Assembly: GCA_010909165.1 (NCBI GenBank) | Contig: VJWM01000025.1 | Location: 3,190,997 to 3,254,996, forward strand | DNA from: Anthoceros angustus | Taxonomy: Eukaryota > Plantae > Anthocerotophyta | DNA length: 64,000 bases | Direction: 5' to 3' | Shown here: in pieces, positions 51,901 to 64,000 of the stretch | How the letters are laid out: each line of letters begins with the position of its first letter | Numbering within the stretch: the first letter of the stretch is position 1 | Position numbers and translations under genes: made by a program | The notes under the pieces: generated by a model | Seen by the model: the letters and a program-made list of their open reading frames with translations, nothing else | Database searches by the model: none | Told to the model about the DNA's origin: nothing

Positions 51901-54900
51901 TCCCCACCAAAAACTCTCCTCCATCCCCTTCCCAATGGCGCCCAACGCGACAATGGTTGGCCATACAATGGCGCCCAACGCGACAATGGTTGGCGATAAT
52001 GGCTGGCCCGACAATCGTGGCCAGCCTCCCAATGGCTCCCGCCTCCTCCCGCTGCCACCGCTCCCCACCAAAACTCTCCCTCCATCCCCTTCCCAATGGC
52101 GTCCACCGGCGACAATGGTTGGCTACAGGCATGGCAACGCCCGACAATGGCTGGCCAAAATGGCTTTTCCGACAATCTTTGGCCACCGCCAATGGCTCGC
52201 TTGCCACCCCTCCCCACCAAAAACTCTCCCTCCATCCCCTTCCCAATGGCGTCCGATGCGGCAATGGTTGGATACAATGGCGCTAACGCCGACAATGGCC
52301 GGTTGGGCTGGCCGATAATCGCTGGCCACCGCCAATGGCTCCCCGCCCGCCACCCCTCCCCGCCGCCACCTCCCCACCAAAATTCTCCTCCATCCCCTTC
52401 CCAATGGCGCCCACCGCCCAACAATGGTTGGCCATACAATGGCGCCTAACGCCCGACAATGGCTCAAAATGTCGCCCGACAATCGGCCTAGATCAATGGG
52501 TCCGTGCCACCGTCCCCCACCAAAAACTCTCCTCGACATTTCGAGGAAGATTGGTTTTGTGCACAATGCACTACATGAGGTGCGTACAATGCACTATATG
52601 AGGTGCAGTATGTAGTCCTACTAATGATAATGTTTTGACTTGCGCCTCACATTATCGGGATTTGTTTGCACCTATATGTCTCACGTATTAGATTTGTTTT
52701 GGTTGTTGGTCGAGGAAGTGCTTATATGAATTCAAGTGCTTACCTCGTGCCACATGCCGTGTGATACTTAATCTGCACTTGTTTAGTGTTTGATTGCATT
52801 AATTAATCTAACTACATATCTTTTAGTAAGTAATTAGTGTTAATTAATCTAATTACTTATCTTTAAGTAAGTAATTAATGTGTTAATTAATCTAACTACA
52901 TATCTTTTAGTAAGTAATTAATGTTAATTAATAATTACTTATCTTTAAGTAAGTAATTAGTGTTAATTAATCTAATTACTTATCTTTAAGTAAGTAATTA
53001 ATGTTAATTAATCTAAGATGTTAATTAAGCATTTATTAGTGTTAATTAAACATGGTTAGCAATACAAGTGATAAGCATATATCCTTGCATATTATAATGT
53101 ATTCTTAGGATATTTCTTGCATGACCAATATGATATCTTAAGAATATGCCGATGCCAACGCCCGACAATGGTACATACAATGGCGCAACGTGAAAAATGG
53201 TCGGCCCGATAATGGATGGCCGACAATCCTTGGCCAGCCTACCAATGGCTCCTACCGCCACCCCTCCTCCGCCACTCCTCCCCACCAAAACTCTCCTCCA
53301 TCCCCCTTCCCAATAGCGCAACGCGACAATGGCTAGGCCCTACCCCCACAATTTGACAATGGCCAGCCTCCCAATGGCTCACGCCACCCCTTCCGCCACC
53401 TCCCTCCACCAAAACTCTCCCTCCATCCCCCTTCCCAAAGGCGTCCAACGCCTGACAATGGTTATGGCCAACGCCTACAATGGCTGGCAGCGATAATGGC
53501 TGGCCCGACAATGCAGCCCGCCAATGGCTCCCCGCCACCCCCCCCGCCCGCCACTCCTCCCCCACCAAAAACTCTCCTCCATCCCCCTTCCCAATGGCGT
53601 CCAATGCCCGACAATGGTTGGCCATACAATGGCGTAACGCCCGACAATGGCTGGCCCGGCTAGCATGCCAATGGCTCCCGCCTCCTCCCGCCTCGCCACC
53701 CTCCCCCACCAAAAACTCTTACTCCATCCCCCTTCCTACCCACTTCCCCTCCCTCCCGCACCCCTTCCCAAATTTTAAGAAAAGGCTTTACAACATAATC
53801 TACAACAAGGGAGCCACGTCATCGCATGCAACGGTAAATGGCTTCCAATCATATTTTTGTGATTAGTGATATTAATAAAGATTTTTATAAAAAAAAGATC
53901 AAATTTTGAAAAAAAAAGGCTTTTACAACGTAATCTACAACGAAGGAGCTACGTCATTGATCTGTTGTTGTAAATGAGCACCCAAAAGAGTGCCATATCA
54001 TCCAACTAGAAACCCGCATTGTAAACCGAGTCTTAAAACTTGCCACATCAGCGAAACTTAAACCAATTTACAACGGAGGTTTTTAGACGTTGTAAGATTG
54101 GAATATTTACAAAGGGTTTTGTAAAACCCCTCCTCCCGCCTGCCACCCGCCCCTACCACCTCCATCCTCCTTCCCAATGGCGCCGACAATGGCTCCCGCC
54201 TCCTCCCCACCCTCCCCACCAAAACTCTTACTCCATCCCCCTTCCTACCCACTTCCTCCCTCCCGCACCCCCCAAATTTTAAGAAAAGGCTTTACAACAT
54301 AATCCTACAACAAGGAGCCACGTCGCACGCAACAAAATGGCTTCCAATCATATTTTGTGATTAGTGATATTAATAAAGATTTTATAAAAAGATCAAATTT
54401 TAAAAAAGGCTTTTACAGCGTAATCTACGAAGGAGCTACTTCATTGATACATTGTTGTAAATGAGCACCAAAAGAGTGCCATATCATCCAACTAGAAACC
54501 GCATTGTAAACCGAGGTCTTAAAACTTGCCACATCAGAAACTTAAACCAATTTACAACGGAGGTTTTAGGCGTTGTAAGATTGGAACATTTACAAAGGGT
54601 TTTGTAAAACCCCTCCTCCCGCCTGCCACCCTCGCCTACCACCCTCCATCCCCCTTCCCAAAGGCGCCCAACCCCGACAATGGCTAGCCATACAATGGTG
54701 GCGACAATCGGCCACCCAATGGCTCCCGCTTGCCACCTCCTACCGCAACCCTCCCCCACCAAAACTCTCCCTCCATCCCCTTCCGAATGGCATCCAGCCG
54801 ACAATGGTTGGCCATACAATGGCTAACGCCCGACAAGTTGGCCGATAACGGTGGCGACAATCGCCAGCTTGCCAATGCCTCCCCGCCACCCTCCCGCTGC

Positions 54901-57264
54901 CACTCCTCCTCCCCACCAAAACTCTCCCTCCATGCAGTTCCCAATGGCGCCCAACGTCCGACAATGGATGGCCATACAATGGCGCCCAACGCCCACAATG
55001 GCTGGCGAAAATGGCGGCCCGACAATCGGCCACCTATCAATGGGTCCTTACGCCACCCTCCTCCCCACCAAAAACTCTCCCTCCATCCCCTTCCCAATGG
55101 CGTCCAGCCGACAATGGATGGCCATACAATGGCGTAGCCCGACAATGGCGCGATAATGGCTGGCCCGACAATCAGCGGCCACCTACCAATGGCTCCCCGC
55201 CGCCACCCTCCCCTGCCACTCCTCCTCCCCACCAAAACTCTCCCTCCATCCCCCTTCCCAATGGCGTCCAGCGAGAATGGCCGGCTATACAATGGCGTAA
55301 CGCCCGGCAATGGCGGCACGATAATGGTCCCGACAATCGGCTGGGCGTGCCAATAGCTCCCCGCCACCCTCCCCACGCCACCTCCCCCACCAAAACTCTC
55401 CCTCCATCCTCCTTCCCAATGGCGTAGCCGACAATGGTGGCCATACAATGGCGGCCCGCAGTTGGCCCGACAATGGCGCCCGAGGCTGGCCCGACAATGG
55501 CTCTCGACAATGGCTCGGCCGACAATGACTTGCGCAATGGCTGGCCTTACAATGGTTGGCCCGACAATGGTGGCACGGCCAATGGGTTGACAATGGTTGG
55601 CCCGACAATGGTGGCCGCCGCCAATGGTGGCTCGACAATGGCAGACAATGGTGGCCCGACAATGGCTGGCCCGACAATGGCGGACAATGGCGCCATACAA
55701 TGGCTCCCAACGACAATGGTGGCCCAATAATGGGTGGCCCGACAATCGCACGCCAATGGCTCCCCGCCCCCGCTTCTCCCGCCTCCTCCTCGCCTCCTCC
55801 TTGCCGCCACCCTCCCCCACCAAAACTCTCCTCCATCCCCTTCCCAATGGCGTCCAGCGACAATGGTTGGCCATACAATGGCGCCCAACGCCCGACAATG
55901 GTTGGCGATAATGGCTGGCCCGACAATCGCATACGCCAATGGCTCCCGCCTCCCCGCCACCGCCCCACCAAAAACTCTCCCTCCATCCCCTTCCCAATGG
56001 CGTCCGGTGACAATGGTTGGCCCTACAATGGCGCAACGCCCGACAATGGCGTGGCCGAAAATGGCTTTTCCGACAATCGGCCATCGCAATGGCTCCTCGC
56101 CACACCTCCCCACCAAAACTCTCCCTCCATCCCCCTTCCCAATGGCGTCCATGCCCGACAATGGTTGGCCATACAATGGCGCAACGCCCGACAATGGTGG
56201 CGATAGTGGCTGGCCCGATAATCCGGCCACGCTCTCCTCCCGCCACCCCTCCGCCACTCCCCCACCAAAATTCTCCTCCATCCCTTCCCAATGGCGCCCA
56301 CCCCAACAATGGTTGGCCATACAATGGCGCCTAACGAAACAATGGCTGGCCGAAAATGTCGGCCCGGCAATCGGCGGCGTATCAATGGGTCTCGCGTGCC
56401 ACCGTCCCCCACCAAAAACTCTCGCCAGCGACATTCAGGAAGATTGGTTTTGTGCACAATGCACTACATGAGTGCGTACGTATATAGTCCTACTAATGAT
56501 AATGTTTTGACTTGCAATCTCACATTATATCGGGCGGATTGTTCTATATATACGTATTAGATTTGTTTGCTTGGTTGTTGGTCGAGAAGTGCTTATATGA
56601 ATTCAAGTGCTTACCTCGTGCGACTTGATCTTAGTGATACTAATCTACGCACTTGGGTTTAGTGTTTGATTGGCATTAATTAATCTAACTACATATCTTT
56701 TAGTAAGTAATTGGTAATTAATCTAATTACTTATCTTTAAGTAAGTAATTAGTGTTAATTATTCTAACTACATATCTTTTAGTAAGTAATTAATGTTAAT
56801 AATCTAATTACTTATCTTTAAGTAAGTAATTAGTGTTAATTAATCTAATTACTTATCTTTAAGTAAGTAATTAATGTTAATTAATCTAAGATGCTTATCT
56901 TTAAGTAAGTAATTAATGTTAATTAATATAATTACTTATCTTAAGTAAGTAATTAGTGTTAATTAATCTAATTACTTATCTTTTAATAAGTAATTAATGT
57001 TAATTAATCTAAGATGCTTATGTTAATTAAGCATTTATTAGTGTTAATTAAACATGGTTAGCAATAGCTAAGTGGATAAGCTCAAGTAATATCCTTTGGC
57101 ATATTCCTTGCATATTATAGTGTATTCTTAGGATATTTCTTGCATATCTTGATGCCAATATGATATCTTAAGAATATGCCGATGCTAACGCTCGACAATG
57201 GGCGGCCGCCACAATGGCGCTAGCGCTGAGAAATATGGCTGGCCCGATAACTGGCCCGACAATC

Positions 57265-60200
57265 GCACGATCAAGACTGCTGATCTTGAGCGAATGAGCC
57301 CGAACAAGTGTTGATCTTTGCATCATGTGTACATATAGGGGTCTGGTCTAGTGACAAGAATGTATTCCTAACTAATACGGTTGAAACTAAACTACTGCTA
57401 TTTACTTTGGTTTACCCAGGTGATTATCATTATATGGCCTATTACAGACCGTGCTTATTGTCCGTCTTAGATTGGAGATCCGTCTCCCGGACCTTGGTGT
57501 CAAAGCCCCACTTCCATGGACTTGGTCCTCGGTCTGACGTCCGTGAGGGTTACAGTGGTCACTCTGTGACATTCTCTCCCCATAGCGTGGTCCTCCGGAC
57601 CTTGCTGATGCTGCAGGCCCGGCACGGTTCCCAGTAGCGTCGGCGCCGTTGGACCAACCAAGCAATCGGTCAGTCACGGTGCAGCTGATATCTAACTTGG
57701 AGGATGCGGTTGGGTCCACATGTGGCGGTCGGGTTCTTGGTGTCGGTGGCAGCCAGGGGGCGTCTGCGGCTAGTGGTGGCGGCGGTATTGAAGCGCGAGC
57801 TAGGGGCTGCAGTGTGGTCTGGCGAGTCGGATCTGGAAGAATGGAGTCGATCGGTAGTGGCCGTGAGTTGGTGGAGTCTTGTGTTGAGTCGTGGGCTCTG
57901 GGTGTATCCGGATGCAGTCTTTATTGGGTCTTGAGGTGTGGAGCTCGGGTGACGGCCCGGCTTGAGCATCGATCGTGGAAGGTCTTGCGGATCTTCCATC
58001 TGCGGAAGGCGGTGGTATATGCCGGATTGATCCTTGGTGATCTCAAAGGTCGATAAATCGGTGGGTGAGCTTCCCTTGTGGATGAGTGAGGATCTGGGGT
58101 GAGGCGCATCTGACCATACCTTACGCCCCAGCTGTGTAAGTCACTTCCTGCGGTGTTTGTTGGCCTTGCGCATGTGATCACATCTGCGATAGTTTCTTGC
58201 GGGCTTCTTGAACCTCATGATACGTCCTCGGCGATTACTCGGCCCATTTGTCTGTCTGAGAGGGCGAGGCGCGGAGGTGGCGGGCATGATCCATAAAGAA
58301 GCTTGAAGGCGCCACCCGGTTGCGTGCTTTGAGGTGTTGTATGCATACTCGAGCAAAGGTAACATAATTTCCAGTTGCCTTGTTTCTCATGGGTGAAGTG
58401 TCTCGAGCATGTCTTGATGCCAGTTACATTTTCGGTTTGCCCATTTGATTCGGGATGGCGATAAGTCGGCCCGATCTTGGGGACTCATGAGCATTTCGAA
58501 TCCGGTATGAACTTGGTGTCTCGGTCGGAGACAATCTTGGCGGAATACCATGCGATCAGAATATTTCCCGTAGGAATACTGCTAACTTGGGTCTCTGTGT
58601 ATGTCGGTGGTGGGGATGAAATGGCACTGTCTTGGAGAGTCGGTCCATGACGGCCAGATCTTATTCTTTCAGGCAGTCACAGGCGGTGGTAATGAAATCC
58701 ATGGAGATGGATTCGAACCTACAATGAGGATTAGTAGTAGCAACTTGCAGCGATTTCGATTGTCGGTCTTGGCTTGACGGGAGGTACAAGGCGCAGTTGA
58801 TGGCGTCGTCGGAGGCCATCCCAATAAAATGTTCCTTAGCAGCGGGCGTATGTCTTATCCGAGATGTCCGCGAGGGTATCGTGGAGATCATGTAGGATTG
58901 CTTTCTTGATGTCGGTGGTGCGAAGGGATGACCAAGCGTCCCTTCTTATCTGAAGCATCCTTGATTGTGTACTCTTGCATGTGGGTGGGGTGACATGCGC
59001 ATGATTCTGGCGACGGAGGCACCGTCTGCGGAGAGCTTCCGTGCAGCGGATGGTGTCCATTGCGTTGTCATGAGTGCGCCCGGTGAGGGCATCAGCAACG
59101 ACGTTCGAGGGGCCTGCAACATAGCGGATGTCGAAGTTGAAATCAGCAAGGTATTCTGCCCAGCGTCGTTGGCGTGCATTCAAGTTTGGCTGACTGAAGA
59201 AATGTTGAAGTGAATGATGGTCGGTGTGGCATGTGAAGTGCTGGCCCAACAGGTAGTGCCTCCAGAGTTTCAGTGCGTGGACGATCGCGAACATTTCTTT
59301 ATCGTGAACTGCGTAGTTCACCTGTGCTCCTTGCACTTCTTTGATTCATATCGATAACCCGGCCATCTTGGGAAGGCCTCCAATGGCGTAGTCGGCGGCA
59401 TCTGTCACATAAGGTGAGTCGGGTTAGCCACGCGGCAAATCGGGGCCGTGCGGTATCTTGAGTTTGAGGAAGGCTGTTGCCCGTCTGACCTAGTTGTAAT
59501 TCCTTGGATGCGGTGGCGGAGGCATCTGTCGGAGGGCGCAATCTTCTTTGAAGTCCTTGGCGACCTCCGGTAGAATCCAGCCATACAGGAACCCACGGGT
59601 GTGAGATCTGGGCGTGACGGTCGGAGATTGCCCGAATCTTCACAGTATCCACTCGGATGCGTCGCGTTATATGCCAGGGTATTCGCACTCATGCGAAAAA
59701 CACACTTCCGTTTGGCGAATAGCTTGTGTGTTACAGTGTCTCAAACTTGTCGACCAACATGGTGGGTGGCGGTCGGATGTGTGGATGAGTATCGTCGGAA
59801 AAACTTCAACGCCATGGCGAGAAGGCGGAGGGTTCTGCATTAGACATTGAAAGGTGGCGGCGGCGTTTGTGAGGCGAGCGGCATGACCACAAACTCGAAG
59901 TGTCCGTGTCGAGTTAAAGCATCTTGTACTCGTCCCACCTCGGATGCGGATCGATGGAAACTGGCGTAAGTCAATCTTTGTGAGTATTTTGCTCCATGCG
60001 ATTGATCGATATCTCATCCACCGGGGCATCGATATACATTTTCGGTGGCTCGATTGAGGCCCTGTAATCGATCAGGCGCCAACCGCCATCGGGCTTTCCA
60101 CGGAAGGCGCCAAAGGTGAGGAAGCTCAGCGAACCCTGTTGGAGGAACTCGTCAACTTGCCGTTTATCTCTTCATTTCCCTGCGGATGTCACATGGGCGG

Positions 60201-62900
60201 GATACTACGAGTTTGTGGCGAGGATCGGCTCGATGGCGTGATCTATGGCCTGCGTGGTGGCGACTCGTGGGCGGCGAAGAGATAGCCTCCTCTGCGGTTC
60301 CTTCATCTCGGCGGTAGGGCATCCTCGTCAACTTGTGCCTTGGCAGGACTCGGGGTGCCCTCAAAGGTAAGACTTTCTTTAGTCTTGCTTTCACAGTGCA
60401 CAGGCGGTGGCTTTATTTTGAGGCGCAAGCGGTGTTTGTCCGTACTTGTCTCGACATGACGTCGCGATGCTATGGCTAACGGCGATGTTGTTTGCCGGTC
60501 GATGTTAATTTGGCCGGGTCTTTGAGCGAGGTTTGCGATAATGAGGTCATAGCCATGGGCATGATGGAAAATTTCCTCATATCAGCAGGAAGGTGACCAG
60601 CGGTCTTTGTATTCCTTGCGTATCCGGTGTCGGGCCGTCTGTGGACTCATGTCCGTGTCTTGTATATGCAGCCCGGCCACAGGCGGCCGCAGATCAGTGG
60701 TGGTGGCACGCATCCAAGACCACATGGTACATGACACCTTGACTTGACACTGCGGTTTGATGGGGACATGGTTGGTCACATGTATCGTGGCACCGTGGCA
60801 AAGCTTGGAGGAGGCGCCGATTTCGTGGTGTCGGTCACCTCTTCAATCTTGGACGGAGTGGCCACTCTTCCTTTGGAGCGAGGAGGCGGGAGGCGTGTGG
60901 TCGGCGGTCTCCTTTAGCCACTTGATGAAATCGCGGCGGTGAGGAGTCTTGGGCCGTGCTCCGTCGAGGTGCAGGTAAAGCACATGTGGCGTTCATGATA
61001 CTTTTTCCTCTCCTCCTCCGTGGATCTTGAAGAGGTTTCTTTTCTGCGGCATTTGCGATGCGACCCCATCTCGCCTTGGCGGGGTTGGGCTGCGTTCTTT
61101 GTTGTACTTCTGCCATAGTTTATGGCGGTCTTCATCGCGTCCACGGGGTTCCGGATTCGTCTCGGTTGGCGTCGGTAGCGGAGGGCTTGAGTCCATCAAT
61201 GAATTTTTCAATCTTGTTCTTCGTCGAGGCGAGGCATATCCAAGGTGAGTTGGAGAAACTTGTCACAACTCACATGTTGTGCCTTCTTCTTGAATCTTCG
61301 AATTGATGATATAATTTCGTCGATGGTTAGCGGCGGAAGTGCTCGAAGACTGGCGGGCGTGGGCGGTGTAGATTGGAGCCTCCATGCCCAACTCGACACG
61401 CTTCTCCCAGCTGCCTCCACCCGTGGCGTATCCTTGAGAGACATCACACAAAATTGGATCTTCTGGTCATCCTTTTAGCACTCGGGTACTTGTCTAGCTT
61501 ATCAAGCGGTCATGTCTTGCTTGGCGTCTTTCTCATTTCCGTTGAATGTGGTGGTGCGGATTTTCCTTTGGAGCTCCTTATCCGGTGAGCCGGGGCTTGA
61601 AGATGGGGTCGTCCCCATGGATTCCACAGTGTCTTGGTAAGCCCTGCCCTTTTGGGCCTCCCGGTGTTCATAGCGGAGGAGTTGCGGGCGAACAAGGGCT
61701 TTGATGTCCTTGTTCTCCCCTCTCCCCAGCGGCTCGACCACCAACCGAGGTGATCCTCGTCCATACTCGGGTTGGGTCGGCGTTATGCCCGCCCCTTCTC
61801 ACGTTTGTCGGATGAGCTGCGGGCATGTCGACATTGTTGCCAGCGGTGAGCCCTAAGCTTGGGTGTTGGTGCGGGGCGGCTTGGCACATGGCTTGCGGTG
61901 GTGCGGTGCCGGGGGGTGGATCGAGGGCACAGGCACTCCCACGGCGTTGGCGGCTCGACCTCCTCCCATCGGGCTTCAACGATTGGGCCGTCTCCACAAC
62001 ATCCGGTGTCCACTGGAGAATCAGACTTCTGCGAGTTCTTTCGAGTTCAGTGCGTGCTTGCTTGGCGGTCCTCGTCTTGATCCAGCGCATCGTTCTTCTG
62101 CGATTCATCGTGTCCCGATTGGTGGGTGGTGGTGTTTGCGGCGCTCGCGATGGGGCGTCTGATCTCCGGTTTCTTCTTGTGGCCTCGGCCGGCAGGCGAG
62201 ATATGGCATAATCCGCCATCCCGTCTGCGGCGTCTCGCCACCTTCCTCCGGTAGGCTCGGCTGCTGGCGTTAATTTCTTTTGTCGCGGAGGCGATCTTGT
62301 TCGTCTCACGGTTGTCCTTGTCTGCTGCTGCGGGCTCCGTCGGACTCACGGATCCCGGTGAGCCACGGAGGAGGATCGGGTCTTTACCTCGGCGCACTCG
62401 GTCACCAATCCGTTTGTTCATCCTCGCCGGAGATTCGCATCTCCACCTCCAGCGGGACACTCGATTCGCTCATCTTGACTGTGGCCTGATTCCGTCGGCA
62501 AGGATCTCGGATGCGGGGGGCGAGGCTCGATACCAAATGTCGCAAGCCTCGATCAGATGTCGGATCTCGGTTGCGAATGAGCTGGAACAAGCCGTGTTGA
62601 TCTTTGCATCATGTGTATATAGGGGTCTGGTCTAGTGACAAGAATGTATTCCTAACTAATACGGTTGAAACTAAAAACTACGCTATTTGCCTCTTGGTTT
62701 ACCGGTGATTATCATTATATGGCCTGTGCACGACGGCGTGCGGTTGTTGTCCGTGCCGTTGGAATCCGTCTCCCGTTCGGACCCCTTGAAAAGAGGTGTC
62801 AATGCGCTCCCACCTGCTATGGACTTGCCACCCCATTTGGTCCTGGGATCTCCCTGACCCGATGGCTTGTTCAGAGCGACAATGGTTAGTCACTCACTGA
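57265..62900 (-). mobile_element. Second copy of the same Ty3/gypsy element
   Basis: Collinear with 31283-36999. Left LTR ~57265-57571; right LTR from 62538, with its right end poorly resolved; PBS at 62525-62535. Clean RNase H segment NYAVHDKEMFAIVHALKLWRHYLLG..TDHHSL..NVVADAL and gag knuckle CFTCTSTEH. Confidence 0.93.
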
Positions 62901-63485
62901 TAGCGCTAGCAGCCGACAATCCTTGATAGCTTCAGCCCGGTAATGGTTAAATCTCGTCCAACTGTAACTCCACCCCTCCCGAGCTTGCCACTCCTCCCCA
63001 CCAAAACTCTCCCTCCATCCCCTTCCCAATGGCATCGCTTGGGTAATGGTGACCTTCAACTGGCGCCTAACGCCCCATTGGCCCGACAATGGCTGGCCAA
63101 CCTCCCAATGGCTGGCCCGCGCCACCTTCCCCGCTGCCACCCTCCCCTCCAAAACTCTCCCTCCATCCCCCCTTCCCAAAGCGTCCAGCCCGACAATGTT
63201 CCCATACAATAATCCCGCAATGCGTTGCTTTGATATGGCTGGCCGACAATCGTGACGCCAAACTCCGCCTCCGCTCCTCCCCACCAAAACTCTCCTCCAT
63301 CCCCTTCCCAATGGCGTCCAATGGTGTAATACATGTTGGTACAATGGCGCATAGCGAACAATGGCGGCGGCGGCAATGTTGGCTAGCATGCCAATGGCTC
63401 CCGCGCATCCCTCCCCAGCCTCCTCAGCGCCACCTCCCCACCAAAACTCTTACTCCATCCCCTTCCACTGCCCCTCCCTCCGCAC

Positions 63486-63799
63486 ATGACGGGAGCCATC
63501 ATGAAGATGGTTCTTTGGATTTTGTGCCCTATATTCTCACCACATGCGTTTAGGATAATCACAAATGTAAAGTAGGCAGATCGGGATCAAGAATCGAGCA
63601 GACACTGGCGCTCGATACCATGTAAACGATCAAAGTAGACAAGATGCTACGCGTACTCTAATAAAATAGATTGGTAAGAATTCATTACAACGTGTCTCTT
63701 ATACAATATCTGACATCGTATACATTGTATGTAACCTAACGCTAACGATGATCGGTTATATGATCCAAACCCTAACGGGTTTAATCCAAATAAGCTTCA
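63486..63799 (-). mobile_element. Putative 5' LTR and PBS of an LTR retrotransposon (copia-like short LTR)
   Basis: GCTCGATACCA (63610-63620; minus strand TGGTATCGAGC) directly abuts TGTAAACG... An AT-rich ~180-bp segment ends in ...GCTTCA at 63799. No partner LTR is present in the window, so the outer end is tentative. Confidence 0.6.
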
Positions 63800-64000
63800 A
63801 GGCGTCGGCTCACTTACAACCTGGCTGGGTCGGCCTCCACCAGTTCTTCCTTGGGCGGTTGCTATGAGTTTGACACGGGGCAGAGAACCTCCAGGATTCT
63901 TTCCTGTAGTCTACCCTCAAGCGAGAGTTCCACAGGCATTGCCACACACCCAAAGCAAAGCAATTTCACAACCATTCACAAGGAGCACGTTTGGCGCTTG

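Larger units (their letters stand above)
20901..63485. repeat. Hierarchical macrosatellite array, eight units
   Basis: Unit starts (TGTCATGCCGTGTGATACTAATCT or degenerate versions) at 20901, 26714, 30638, ~40399, 44220, 48831, ~52751 and ~56626. Each unit has the same order: AT-rich block, CAATGG/C-rich repeats, TTTACAAC block(s), CAATGG repeats, GTGCACAATGCACTACATGAGG tail. The last unit is truncated. Confidence 0.92.

Noticed and set aside
22698-56560. Hundreds of overlapping ORFs (MAPNARQWL..., GQPLSG...) up to 546 aa
   Set aside because: They are translations of stop-poor GC-rich tandem repeats, open in several frames on both strands, with frames not conserved between units.
63765-63785. 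AAACCCTAA as telomeric repeat
   Set aside because: A single telo-box-like unit within a putative LTR, not an array.

Overview
Eukaryotic, land-plant-type DNA with compact GT-AG introns; the species cannot be determined from the sequence. The window has three zones. (1) 1-7.7 kb is transposon debris: a 3.35-kb TIR element with a 4-bp TSD inserted into a perfect hairpin, a nested GC-rich MITE-like element, and the 3' end of an RLE-type non-LTR retrotransposon abutting a microsatellite. (2) 9-18.5 kb is a clean gene island: a 12-exon 3xRRM RNA-binding protein, a 7-exon amino acid permease (AAP family), a divergent PP1 inhibitor-3-like ORF and an intronless 526-aa ORF I cannot assign. (3) 19.4-64 kb holds Ty1/copia remnants flanking a ~42.6-kb hierarchical macrosatellite of eight ~3.8-5.8-kb units. 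The units are built from a 41-bp AT-rich dyad repeat and 15/20/35-bp CAATGG repeats. Two units also carry a 5S-rRNA-like Pol III promoter segment and a captured copia RT fragment. Two other units carry the same chromodomain-bearing Ty3/gypsy element at the same site. Differences between repeat copies cluster at CAG/CTG/CCG, which suggests methylation-related long-read consensus errors, so the 'degenerate' elements may be more intact than they look. Most ORF-track entries beyond 20.9 kb are artefacts of the repeats.
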